Below are positions 8,734-17,972 of a stretch of 49,145 bases of DNA, one piece after another. The DNA is from Clostridia bacterium (GTDB lineage Bacteria; Bacillota; Clostridia; Oscillospirales; CAG-382). The stretch's first letter is position 1; every line of letters begins with the position of its first letter. The notes beneath the pieces were generated by a model. It worked only from the letters and a program-made list of their open reading frames with translations. It was not told the origin of the DNA and searched no databases. The position numbers and the translations under genes are program-made. The stretch is taken from positions 1-49,145 of the forward strand of contig JAFYUY010000027.1 of assembly GCA_017549405.1 (NCBI GenBank), in the 5' to 3' direction.

Positions 8734-9744
8734 TTATCCCTGCACTTTTTCAAACTCCGCCACAGTTTTTTCCATAACTTCCTCAAGAGTCCCCTCAATA
8801 GTACAGCCCGCCGCCTTTTTGTGACCGCCTCCGCCAAAAACGGCACACATCTCTGCCACATCGGCAAAGGTATTTGAACGCATGGAGATACGGTATTTTT
8901 CCACCCCGTCATCTCCGGTTTTTTCCTTGGCAAATATTGCCACTTCCACACCACGTATCATACGGAGAAGCTGAACGCAGGTCTCAAAGTCGCTCTCAAG
9001 AAGACCTTCCTCTTGCCTCATTGCATTGTTGACATGGGAAAAAGCAAGCTTTCCTCCGCAGAAAAATTTCACGTTGCGGGTACACAAAGCCTCGGCACGG
9101 AACGCTTCAAGACTGCGGATATCAAAAAGACGTCTTGATATTTCTCCGTTGTCGGCACCAAGACCCATAAGCTCGCCCGCGGCATGCATGGTGCGTTCTT
9201 TTGTGTTTGTGTATTTGAAATTTCCGGAATCCGATGCTATGGCACAGTAAAGTGCGCAGGCAGTCTTTTCGTCAATAAGCTTTTTACCCGTAATATTTTC
9301 AAGCTCGCGCAGAGCATAGTAAAGCGTTTCGCCCGCAGAAGAAGACTCGGGCTCCGCAAAAAGCCACGGAACTTCAAGGGTGTTTATATCGTGATGGTCA
9401 AGGGCAAGACATATTTTCGGAACATACTGAGAAAGAGAGCTTCCCACAAGAAAAGGAGAGGCAATATCCACGGAAACAACATTTTCCGCATCAAAAATGC
9501 CCTCAAAGGGAGTGCCGAAAAAGCATTTTTCGGGGTAGGCATACTCGTATAAAAACTCTATGTGTTCAGGCAATTCATCCGTGCAGGCAACTGCCGCATT
9601 TTTACCGAGAGCCGTGAGAGCCCGATGAAGCGCAATGCCCGTACCCGCCGTGTCACCGTCGGGATGGCTGTGGGTAAGGATGAGTATGTTATCAAGAGTC
9701 AAAAGCTTTTGTGCATATTCAAGCACCGAGATATTAGAGTTCAT
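8734..9744 (-). CDS. nrnA: DHH/DHHA1 phosphoesterase, NrnA-type oligoribonuclease/pAp phosphatase
   Basis: HSHPDGDTAGTG, DHH in ALDHHDIN, and GGGGHKKAAG (DHHA1 GGGH). Confidence 0.85.
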   Translation of the reverse strand: MNSNISVLEYAQKLLTLDNILILTHSHPDGDTAGTGIALHRALTALGKNAAVACTDELPEHIEFLYEYAYPEKCFFGTPFEGIFDAENVVSVDIASPFLVGSSLSQYVPKICLALDHHDINTLEVPWLFAEPESSSAGETLYYALRELENITGKKLIDEKTACALYCAIASDSGNFKYTNTKERTMHAAGELMGLGADNGEISRRLFDIRSLEAFRAEALCTRNVKFFCGGKLAFSHVNNAMRQEEGLLESDFETCVQLLRMIRGVEVAIFAKEKTGDDGVEKYRISMRSNTFADVAEMCAVFGGGGHKKAAGCTIEGTLEEVMEKTVAEFEKVQG

Positions 9745-9769
9745 TTGTGTGTTCCTTTTTTATTTGAAT

Positions 9770-10921
9770 TTATTGTTCTTTGCGCTTTGCAAGCAAGCCG
9801 AAAAGCCTTTCTGCCGCAAGCTGTTTTTTGTAAATTACGTACCCATCGGCAGGTAACTTGTCGATATCGCTGAGCCTTGAAAGAGTAATAAGCGGGCAAT
9901 CGCTTTTTTTCATTTTACGCAAAAGCTCCGTGCCATGCAATGAATATGCCAGAAGAAAAGACCACCGTGGCAACGTTTCAAGGTCATATTTTTCCGTATT
10001 TGTGATAAGATAAATAAGCATTCTGCGAAGCTTTGCGTTTGTAATATGGCGGGAGGAGGCATTTTTAAGAAGCTCTCCAAGGTCTTTGCATTCCGCCGCC
10101 TCAGTTTTCAGTTTGAACACATAGTCGCACGGAAGCTCCGCTATATCGGAAAGCAGCTTTTTTTCAGTAAACAAAAGCTTTGCACAAAGACAGGCAAAAT
10201 ATTTTTCCTCATCAACTGTGCGAGGCAGGTTTTCTTTTGTATATTCCGATACACATTCGGGACAGTATTTTTCAAAATTTTCGTGGGTTGGGTCCTCCCG
10301 CAGAAAGGAAGCGGAGCAAAAATTTCCCGTGGGCATTCCGTCGTGCTGACCTATTCTCGGAATGACCGAAATATCAAGCTTTGCATTCTGAGAAAGGATG
10401 GCTTTTGCATATTCAACACCAAGAATTGAGTTTGGGCGGGACAAAAGAAGCGCACATTTATCGCCGTAATTTTCGCGTATATAAAGCTCTCTCGCACGGG
10501 CAAAGCCGAGATTTTCATTTTTCTTCAGAAGATTTTTTATGCCGTCGGCATTTTTCCCTTCAAGAAGTATCTGCGCTGTGTCAAAAAAATCCTTTCCGCA
10601 AAGGTTTTCGCCCTCCTCGGCACCAAATGCAATACTGTCGCACACGCCCGACGAGGAAATAACAGATACCCCCGCTGCCGCAAACTTTTCTGCGGTGGCG
10701 CAGGAAAAGGGGAACGGTATCTCCGTCACAACGTCGGCTCCGCAATTTACCGCCCATTCGGCACGGATAAATTTATCGTATGCGGCATATTCGCCCCGCT
10801 GAACGAAATTCCCGCTCATGGCACAGAAAACGCTCTCTCCATAAAGCTTTTTTACCGTGGAGATAAGGTGCGCATGACCGTTGTGAAAGGGGTTGAATTC
10901 GCAGATTATACCTGTTGCCAT
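9770..10921 (-). CDS. tmcAL: tRNA(Met) cytidine acetate ligase (UPF0348/YlbM family)
   Basis: GIICEFNPFHNGHAHLI nucleotidyltransferase motif at the N-terminus; about 383 aa. The ATG at 10921 is preferred over the GTG at 10927. Confidence 0.8.
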   Translation of the reverse strand: MATGIICEFNPFHNGHAHLISTVKKLYGESVFCAMSGNFVQRGEYAAYDKFIRAEWAVNCGADVVTEIPFPFSCATAEKFAAAGVSVISSSGVCDSIAFGAEEGENLCGKDFFDTAQILLEGKNADGIKNLLKKNENLGFARARELYIRENYGDKCALLLSRPNSILGVEYAKAILSQNAKLDISVIPRIGQHDGMPTGNFCSASFLREDPTHENFEKYCPECVSEYTKENLPRTVDEEKYFACLCAKLLFTEKKLLSDIAELPCDYVFKLKTEAAECKDLGELLKNASSRHITNAKLRRMLIYLITNTEKYDLETLPRWSFLLAYSLHGTELLRKMKKSDCPLITLSRLSDIDKLPADGYVIYKKQLAAERLFGLLAKRKEQ

Positions 10922-10923
10922 AC

Positions 10924-11595
10924 TCACTTACCGTAATATTTGTCAAAATATGTGTCTTCGTCCACAAGGGTATAATCGGCAGGTATTTCAAGCCATCCCT
11001 CGGGGATATCTGCGGAAAATACCGCCACATCACGTTCGATGCGGGAGGATTCGTCATAATCCACAATGGCATAAAGACTGCCGTCGGTATCGGTAAAAAG
11101 TTTTACTCCGCAAGCTCTGCCGTCATAGGTCTCGCAGGAAAAATCCTCATAAAAGCAGGTCTTTCCCGTGGAAAGAACCTCTTCTCCGTTGCCGATAAAT
11201 TTTGCCGATGAATAGTTTATGACACTTCTAAGACCGCCATCGGTCGCATCTGCTTTAAAATATACCTTGTGACTGTCGTCAAGAAAGAATGTCTCTCCAT
11301 CACGGGAAAGGGTGTGGGAAACACTGCCGTTATAATTTGAACGGCTCTCTATCACCCCGTCCGCCATGGCGACCGTGTTGTATATGAGCATACCGTTTGC
11401 AAACATGGAGATATCAAGATAATAGTGCTCGTCGGAAAGCGCCTTGAGATATGGCGAACATACAAGTTCACCGCCAATGGGTTTTACCGTTGTGTCCTCA
11501 AAGTCGTGCTCTTTTCCGCAGGAACACATAATAAGACCGCACGCAAGTAACAACGCACTCAGTTTTCTGATCTTTGAGATAAGTGTTTTTTTCAT
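10924..11595 (-). CDS. putative lipoprotein, function unknown
   Basis: True start is MKKTLISKIRKLSALLLACGLIMCSCGKE (signal peptide with a lipobox-like Cys). The upstream 67 codons of the track ORF are read-through of the hairpin array. Confidence 0.7.
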   Translation of the reverse strand: MKKTLISKIRKLSALLLACGLIMCSCGKEHDFEDTTVKPIGGELVCSPYLKALSDEHYYLDISMFANGMLIYNTVAMADGVIESRSNYNGSVSHTLSRDGETFFLDDSHKVYFKADATDGGLRSVINYSSAKFIGNGEEVLSTGKTCFYEDFSCETYDGRACGVKLFTDTDGSLYAIVDYDESSRIERDVAVFSADIPEGWLEIPADYTLVDEDTYFDKYYGK

Positions 11596-11626
11596 GTTTA
11601 TGGATGTCCTTTCGCCATAGGTGTGT

Positions 11627-11875
11627 AATTTAGCTGCCGAAGGCAATTTAGCTGCCGAAGGCAATTTAGCTGCACCGAAGGTGCAATTTAGCTGACCGAA
11701 GGTCAATTTAGCTCGCCGCAAGGCGAATTTAGCTCGCCGCAAGGCGAATTTAGCTGACCGAAGGCAATTTAGCTGCCGAAGGCAATTTAGCTGCACCGAA
11801 GGTGCAATTTAGCTGACCGAAGGTCAATTTAGCTGCACCGAAGGTGCAATTTAGCTGACCAAAGGTCAATTTAGC
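11627..11875 (-). repeat. tandem array: invariant word GCTAAAT (plus strand reads ATTTAGC) x13 alternating with 12 short palindromic hairpins
   Basis: Counted by hand. Unit lengths are 18-22 bp. Hairpins come from a few alleles (sense orientation): tgccTTCggca x3, tgaccTTCggtca x2, tgcaccTTCggtgca x3, tcgccTTGCggcga x2, tgaccTTTggtca x1, and one hybrid tgccTTCggtca. Confidence 0.9.
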
Positions 11876-11879
11876 TCTC

Positions 11880-13706
11880 TCATCTGCCGACACAGACCGC
11901 TTTCAGAAGTTCACTTTTTTTGTTTTCTGTTCTTCCGGAAAGGGCATCAATGAGAAGCGCATCAAGGGTATTTCCGATATCCTTTCCGCAAAGCCCCAAA
12001 GCCGCAAGGTCGTTACCTGATATATCGAGCTGTTTTATGCTTTTCGGAATTTCAGGATTTGCGAAAATATCCTCAAAAAGAGCAGATTTTCCGAAAATCT
12101 CAAGATATTTTTCGAAAAATTCCCCGTATTTTGCAATAAGCTCTATTCCCTTTTCTCTTTGGATATCTTCCGCACCCTCAAGGGTATCGAAGATATCCTT
12201 GAATTGCAGAATATCCTTTTGCTCAGCTCCAGAAAGCTTCATTTCGCAAAGCAGTTTTTTAATATCCTCTGCCCTGAAAAAACGAAGAAGATAAAACATC
12301 CGGCAGGTGAAAACGGGGGGAACCGCATCTATGCCGTTTCCCGAAAAATTTCCCACAATTTCCGAAAAAACTTCGGGAAATTCCCTCAAAACACCGAAAA
12401 CACGGGCACAAACAAGGATTTTTCGCAATTCTTCGCTCTTTCTCTCCGCAGAAATGTGGGAAAGTAAGTGAGCGTTTTTTGTTATCGATGCGGCAGTTTC
12501 GGGGGAAATGTCAAACCCCAGACGCACGGCAAAGCGCAGAGCACGGAGTATTCTCAGAGCGTCCTCGTAAAATCTTGTGTCGGGATGCCCCACGCATTTT
12601 ATCACATGGTTTGAGATGTCTGAAAGTCCGTCGAAATTATCGGTAAGGAATATATTTTTGCCGTCAAAGGTAAGCGCCAAGGCATTCACCGTAAAATCAC
12701 GGCGGGAAAGGTCTTCTTTAATATCCTTGACAAACACTACCTCTGACGGATGGCGGTGATCGTTGTATGCCCCCTCGGCACGGTATGGGGTGATTTCCGC
12801 CTCACACTCTCCGTATTTTAAAAGCACAGTACCGCAGCTTCCGCCCACAAGTGTTGCCTGCGCACCGCAAGAATCTGCGGCAGAGATTATTTCATCGCTC
12901 GATGCGTTTGTGGTAATGTCAAAATCATGGGGAGCAATTCCCATAAGATAATCACGCACACAGCCTCCCACAAAATGGGCACTGTACCCGCTCTTTATTA
13001 AAATTTCAAGGATCTTCAGCACATCTTCAGGGAAAAAATCAAAAAATTCCGCATCGGGAAGCACTCCACCTGCGGTATCCTCCGCAAAGGTCTGCTCACA
13101 AAGCTTGCAAAGGTCGGCATATTCCACCCCAAGCATCTCGAATGCCGAAAGCATGGCATTTGCCGTAAGGTCACATGGAAGCTCAAGCTTTTTAAGAATC
13201 TTCTCACGCTTTTCGGCACTGTCATTCTGCCCCGAAAGTCCGAGTGAATAAAGCTGGGCTTTTGTTACGGGCACGGCACTTTTTCCGTCAGGGTCCTCCG
13301 TAAGTCCCGCCCGTGCAAAAACCTCGCGCAGAGTATCGGGACTCATACCCTCAACGCCCAAAAAACCGTCCTTTGAATACTGAGTTTTTCTTTTTTCCTT
13401 TCCTCGTATCTGCGGAATATATATATTTTTCACCTTGCCCGCAGGAAGCATACCTTTAAGCTTTGAGCGGATAAATCCTCCCGCTCTGTCGCTATCGGTA
13501 ATTATCACAAGGCCGCGCGCCTCGCACAACTTGCGGAGCATGGCTTTTTTCTGAGAATTGTTAAAAACGGAAAAACCGTCGGTGGTAAATATCTGCGCAT
13601 CAAGAACCGAGGAAAGCTTTATTTTATCGTATTTTCCCTCGCACAGAACGGCGCAGTTGAGTTTTATTTTTTTCAGATCACTTTCCTCCTTTCTTTGAAT
13701 GTGCAA
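11880..13706 (-). CDS. cca: fusion protein: N-terminal Toprim/DUF4093 (RNase M5-like) domain plus CCA-adding tRNA nucleotidyltransferase
   Basis: N-terminal 200 aa: VLCEGKYDKIKL...LVIITDSDRAGGFIRSKLKG (Toprim E...DxD). From about aa 220: FVGGCVRDYLMGIAPHDFDITT plus RRDFTVNA (PolyA-pol/CCA head). Start uncertain: TTG at 13706, with a GGAGG just inside. Confidence 0.85.
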   Translation of the reverse strand: MHIQRKEESDLKKIKLNCAVLCEGKYDKIKLSSVLDAQIFTTDGFSVFNNSQKKAMLRKLCEARGLVIITDSDRAGGFIRSKLKGMLPAGKVKNIYIPQIRGKEKRKTQYSKDGFLGVEGMSPDTLREVFARAGLTEDPDGKSAVPVTKAQLYSLGLSGQNDSAEKREKILKKLELPCDLTANAMLSAFEMLGVEYADLCKLCEQTFAEDTAGGVLPDAEFFDFFPEDVLKILEILIKSGYSAHFVGGCVRDYLMGIAPHDFDITTNASSDEIISAADSCGAQATLVGGSCGTVLLKYGECEAEITPYRAEGAYNDHRHPSEVVFVKDIKEDLSRRDFTVNALALTFDGKNIFLTDNFDGLSDISNHVIKCVGHPDTRFYEDALRILRALRFAVRLGFDISPETAASITKNAHLLSHISAERKSEELRKILVCARVFGVLREFPEVFSEIVGNFSGNGIDAVPPVFTCRMFYLLRFFRAEDIKKLLCEMKLSGAEQKDILQFKDIFDTLEGAEDIQREKGIELIAKYGEFFEKYLEIFGKSALFEDIFANPEIPKSIKQLDISGNDLAALGLCGKDIGNTLDALLIDALSGRTENKKSELLKAVCVGR

Positions 13707-13714
13707 AAGTAAAA

Positions 13715-15406
13715 TCAGCTTTTAATATCGGCACAAAATTCAGATGCCTCAAAATACCCGCACGCAGTTCCGAATTTTTCACCGTTTATGAGCTTTTGTC
13801 TGTAAAGCCGCATAACACGTGTGGTATCGGGAAGCTCCATGGGTTTTTCAAGGTCTGCGTTTCCGAATATGTGGCGCAGAAATTCCTTTTCTTCGTCGTA
13901 ATATTCCGAAAAGATTTTAAAATCCGCACGGAATGAATTTATGTTACACTTCCCGAGCGCCTCGTTATCGTGGCACAAAAGCCAGCTTTCGCAGGCAAAA
14001 ACAAGCTTTTTAACACCGAATTTTTTTGAAAAGAATTCGTATGCTCTTTTATAAGATGTGTATCTTGCGCCGTCCGAAAGATCGCACCCATGCGGTGCAT
14101 GAAGCTTTATGATAAGGTCGCCCTCACAAAGACCGGGGATACCTAAGAACGTGTTTCCGCAGGGCTCAAACTCAAAAGAGCCTATTTTAAAGACCGCACC
14201 GCAAAGGTTCCGGACACAGAATCTGTAATCGGAAAGACCTGTCTTTCCCGAAGCTTTAAAATACTCCCTCGCTCGGTCAAAAACAGCGTTCAGGGTATCG
14301 GAAATTATTTCTCTTTCAACACAAAGCTTTTGCAAAAAGCTTATGGCATACGGCAAAAGACGGGTATAGGTGTCAAGGAAAAATCTTTCCTTGTCTTGAT
14401 ATTTTTCGCTCTCGCAAAGCAAAGTCTTGAAAAACTCAGATGCAAAAAACTCTTTATAAAAGGGAAAATCATTTATATTACTGTGGGGTATGTTCTTCAA
14501 ATGTTCTTCAAGAGAGCGGATAAATGCGGAAAATTTCGCATTTTTTTTGGGAAATGTGTAAAAAGGCAAATTAGCGGCTCTCTCGTTATTGATTTTGCCG
14601 TCGCAATCTGTTATAATATACTTGATCACGGCATTGCGCAAAATAACATCCTTACCGCGCCAGGAATACGCACGGCGGGAAAATTCCCCGTCATCCATGC
14701 CGTAAATATCGGAAACCGAAAGATACGGAACACGGTCTTTTTTGAAAAATTCAATGGGAGTGCTTTGCGAATTCTTGTTATGGGGGCATACCTCCTGGCA
14801 GATATCGCATCCCCACAAAAGGCCGTGGGTGAGAATTTTTTCATTTTCCTCCGGAGAAAGCTCTTTTTTCTGAGTAACGGCAGATACACATTCTTCTCCC
14901 TTCGCAGGGCATGATGATCTGCATCTTCCGCATCCGTCACAGCTTTTAAGTAAGGGTGAGGGCTCGTTCCGAAGATCATAAATATTTTCGGAATCGGTAA
15001 CTATTTCCGCCACAAAAACATAGCTTCCGTATTTTCCGTTTATTATAATTCCGTTTTTTCCAACAGTACCAAGTCCGCAAATAAGCGCAAGACTTCTTTC
15101 GTCAAAGGGCGATGTATCGGCAAAAATTTCGGTCTTAACATCAATATCCGCATTTTTAAGGAATCTCTTCAGTTCTTCCGAAAGCTCCTTAACGTAAAAA
15201 TGATAATCCCTCGGGACGGCATAGGCGGAAATATTTCTTTTTTCCCCTTTTACGTTATAGGGAATGAGAAACACCACGGCACTCTTTGCCCATTCGGGAA
15301 GTCTTCCGGGAGCGGTTATAAGCTCTTTCGGCAAAGAAGCTATACTGCAGGCGGAAAAAAATTCTATATTCTGAGCTTTTAAAAAAGATAAAAATATTTC
15401 TTTCAT
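13715..15406 (-). CDS. queG: fusion protein: epoxyqueuosine reductase (QueG-like, 2x4Fe-4S) plus a C-terminal acyltransferase-like (NAT_N/GNAT_C-like) domain
   Basis: N-terminal 265 aa contain CDGCGRCRSSCP and CDICQEVCPHN ferredoxin motifs in a QueG-like context. The C-terminal 300 aa (LHAPHGCDLSDGARYTSYKRAYEFF...) resemble the N-acyltransferase N-domain plus GNAT-like C-domain family; that call is from memory. Confidence 0.75.
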   Translation of the reverse strand: MKEIFLSFLKAQNIEFFSACSIASLPKELITAPGRLPEWAKSAVVFLIPYNVKGEKRNISAYAVPRDYHFYVKELSEELKRFLKNADIDVKTEIFADTSPFDERSLALICGLGTVGKNGIIINGKYGSYVFVAEIVTDSENIYDLRNEPSPLLKSCDGCGRCRSSCPAKGEECVSAVTQKKELSPEENEKILTHGLLWGCDICQEVCPHNKNSQSTPIEFFKKDRVPYLSVSDIYGMDDGEFSRRAYSWRGKDVILRNAVIKYIITDCDGKINNERAANLPFYTFPKKNAKFSAFIRSLEEHLKNIPHSNINDFPFYKEFFASEFFKTLLCESEKYQDKERFFLDTYTRLLPYAISFLQKLCVEREIISDTLNAVFDRAREYFKASGKTGLSDYRFCVRNLCGAVFKIGSFEFEPCGNTFLGIPGLCEGDLIIKLHAPHGCDLSDGARYTSYKRAYEFFSKKFGVKKLVFACESWLLCHDNEALGKCNINSFRADFKIFSEYYDEEKEFLRHIFGNADLEKPMELPDTTRVMRLYRQKLINGEKFGTACGYFEASEFCADIKS

Positions 15407-15452
15407 AAACTTTTGAACCGTATAATCTTACATTTTTCAAGGAGGACAAAGT

Positions 15453-16214
15453 ATGTCCGAAAACAATACTACATGCTCTATTATAAAGCATTTCTGTGAA
15501 AAATACAATATCAGTTTGCAAGAAAAAGCATACAATGATCTTGAAATTTTAACTCAAGAGCTTCTGGAATACAACTCCCACACAAATCTCACTGCGGTGA
15601 GAGATGAAAGAGAAGTTGCCATAAAGCACCATGCAGACTCTCTTTTTCTGTTATCAACGGGACTTTTGCCAAAAAACCCCCGCATTATAGACGTTGGCTG
15701 CGGAGCGGGTTTTCCGGGACTTCCGCTGAAGATCGCCGAAAGAAACATTGACATTTCTTTCCTTGACAGCACGGAAAAAAAGCTGAAATTCACATCACAC
15801 GCAGCAAATATCTTAGGGTTTGAAGCGGGCATCTACCCCCTTCGTGCAGAAGATGCCGCAAAGGATAAAACTCTTCGAGAAAGCTTTGATGCGGCAGTAT
15901 CCCGAGCAATGGCAAATCTGCCCGTACTGTGCGAGCTTTGTCTGCCTTTTGTTAAGGTCGGCGGCTTTTTTGCGGCATATAAATCAGCGGCATCTGCCGA
16001 TACAAATGATCCCGAAAGCGAGCTTTCGCGCTCCCTTTCAGGAATAAAGACCCTTGGCGGCAAGGTGGAAAAAGTTATTTATTACGATCTTTGCGATTTT
16101 TACGATACCCATGATGAAGACAAAAAGCACTGCATCATAGTTATCCGTAAAACATGCAAAACACCCGATATCTACCCGAGAAGATATCCGCAGATATTAA
16201 AAAAACCGCTGTGA
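15453..16214 (+). CDS. rsmG: 16S rRNA (guanine527-N7)-methyltransferase
   Basis: NLTAVRDEREVAIKHHADSL and SAM motif IIDVGCGAGFPGLPLKI. SD aaggagg. Confidence 0.9.
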   Translation: MSENNTTCSIIKHFCEKYNISLQEKAYNDLEILTQELLEYNSHTNLTAVRDEREVAIKHHADSLFLLSTGLLPKNPRIIDVGCGAGFPGLPLKIAERNIDISFLDSTEKKLKFTSHAANILGFEAGIYPLRAEDAAKDKTLRESFDAAVSRAMANLPVLCELCLPFVKVGGFFAAYKSAASADTNDPESELSRSLSGIKTLGGKVEKVIYYDLCDFYDTHDEDKKHCIIVIRKTCKTPDIYPRRYPQILKKPL

Positions 16215-16318
16215 AGATAAGTGTGATCAAAAATCAATATCAAACATCAGATAATTTAAGAGGAAGACCGTGCTTGCGGTTTTCTTCTTTTATTTATTAT
16301 ATAATTTTTATAAACCCC

Positions 16319-16347
16319 TTGCAATAAAATCTTTTTTGTGGTATAAT
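16319..16347 (+). promoter_or_regulatory. dnaA promoter (extended -10)
   Basis: TTGCAA (16319-16324), 17-nt spacer ending in TG-n, TATAAT (16342-16347), about 50 nt upstream of the dnaA ATG. Confidence 0.6.
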
Positions 16348-16397
16348 TACTCTATATAATTTTATCGTGGAATATTATTGCGGAAAGGAGAAAATCC

Positions 16398-17972
16398 ATG
16401 TCATCGGAAGCGCAGATATGGCCCGAAGTTTTGGGGCTTTTACAAGAAAGAATAGAACGTGAAGTTACATACAACCTGTGGTTCAGCGACCTCATACTCA
16501 AAAAACTGGTGGATGACAAAGCATATCTTCAGACCCCCAGCATTTACAAAAAGAAAATACTTGAATCCCGTTTTATGGATCAGCTAAAGGAAGCTTTTAC
16601 CGATGTTATGGGATTTGAAATAACTCCCTACGTCATAACAGTCGAAAGCCGCCCGTTTGAAGATCAGTATTTTGAACTCATAGAAAAAGAAGCAAAGGAA
16701 CAGCTTATTGCCGAGGAAATTAAAAAAGGCACCTTTGTGGCACCCGATTATTCCATGCCCGAGCCCGAAGAATCGGAACCCGAGCTTATGGAGCCGCAGG
16801 CATTTACGGGTGATTTCAAGCTTTCAAAAAAGAACCTCAATTTCCCAAAAGCCTATAATCCCGAAAGTGGAGAGCTTGAGGATATTTCCCTTATGAGCTA
16901 CCTTGAAGAACTCGGAAACAAAGACGGAATGCTGCTTATGTCGCAATCGGTTCCCGAATACAGACCAAGCTACACCTTCCGCAACTTTGTGGTAGGTGAT
17001 TCCAACAGAATGGCTTATGCCTCCTGTCTTTCCGTTGCCCAGTATCCTGCGGCACAGTGCAACCCGTTATTTCTTTACGGTCCGCCCGGAATAGGAAAGA
17101 CACATCTTCTTTATGCCATAGCTCACCACATAGAAAAAACAAGACCGTCGTTCAACATAGTTTACTGCACGAGCGAGGATTTCACAAACGAGCTGATGTC
17201 GGCAATAACCCATAAGACCACGGCGGATTTCCGTGAGAAATACCGCACGGCAGACATACTTATGATAGACGATATTCAGTTTATCGGCGGAAAAGAAGCA
17301 ACTCAGCTTGAATTTTTCAATACCTTCAATACCCTTTACGAATCAAATAAACAGATAATATTCGCAAGCGACAGACCCCCGAAGGAAATAACGGTGCTTG
17401 AAAAACGCATACGTTCAAGATTTGAATCGGGCGTTATAATAGACATAAAAACTCCCGATCCCGAGCTCCGTGCCGCAATTATCCGCCGCAAAGCCCTTGA
17501 TATGAATGTGGCGATCCCCGTTACCGCCTTAACTTATATGGCAGAGCATGTTACAGAAAACGTGCGTCAGATAGAGGGAATAATAAAGCATCTCAGCGTT
17601 TATTCTTCTCTCAAGAAAGAACCGATCACGGAAGAACTCGTCCGCTCGCTTGTAGGAAACGTTGTAACGGCACCCATTGAAGTAAATCCCGACAACATAA
17701 TAGATTCCGTTGCAAAGTTCACAGATGTCACACGCGAAGAAATAATGGGCTCCCGCCACACAAAAAATGCCACCATGGCGCGTCACATATGCTCATATCT
17801 TTTACGTAATATGACAAGCATGAAGCTGCAGCAGATAGGCAAATTCATGGGCAGGCACCATTCCACCGTTCACGATTCCATACGCTTTATAGAAGATGAG
17901 CGCAAGGAAGACAAGGCTCTTGACGAGCAGATAAGGACCATAATCCGAGATCTTGGCGGAAAGAACGAATGA
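16398..17972 (+). CDS. dnaA: chromosomal replication initiator DnaA
   Basis: Walker A GPPGIGKTHL, IDDIQF, sensor and box VII regions, and C-terminal HTH (KFMGRHHSTVHDSI). At 524 aa it has a long acidic domain II linker. Confidence 0.98.
   Translation: MSSEAQIWPEVLGLLQERIEREVTYNLWFSDLILKKLVDDKAYLQTPSIYKKKILESRFMDQLKEAFTDVMGFEITPYVITVESRPFEDQYFELIEKEAKEQLIAEEIKKGTFVAPDYSMPEPEESEPELMEPQAFTGDFKLSKKNLNFPKAYNPESGELEDISLMSYLEELGNKDGMLLMSQSVPEYRPSYTFRNFVVGDSNRMAYASCLSVAQYPAAQCNPLFLYGPPGIGKTHLLYAIAHHIEKTRPSFNIVYCTSEDFTNELMSAITHKTTADFREKYRTADILMIDDIQFIGGKEATQLEFFNTFNTLYESNKQIIFASDRPPKEITVLEKRIRSRFESGVIIDIKTPDPELRAAIIRRKALDMNVAIPVTALTYMAEHVTENVRQIEGIIKHLSVYSSLKKEPITEELVRSLVGNVVTAPIEVNPDNIIDSVAKFTDVTREEIMGSRHTKNATMARHICSYLLRNMTSMKLQQIGKFMGRHHSTVHDSIRFIEDERKEDKALDEQIRTIIRDLGGKNE

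Noticed and set aside
11596-11796. N-terminal 67 codons of the 290-aa track ORF (MQLNCLRQLNCLRSAKFALRR...)
   Set aside because: This stretch is simply one reading frame through the GCTAAAT/hairpin array, which gives periodic peptide repeats. A normal lipoprotein signal peptide begins at the internal ATG at 11595.
11627-11875. CRISPR array interpretation of the GCTAAAT arrays (also 23283-23464)
   Set aside because: The constant part is only 7 nt and non-palindromic. The variable parts are 11-15 nt palindromes drawn from a handful of alleles shared between arrays. The period is 18-22 bp and no cas genes or leader are present.
16215-16397. Second DnaA-box cluster upstream of dnaA
   Set aside because: Only weak matches are present (cgtggaata, tgtggtata, each with 3 mismatches). 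The region is adequately explained by the rsmG terminator plus the dnaA promoter.
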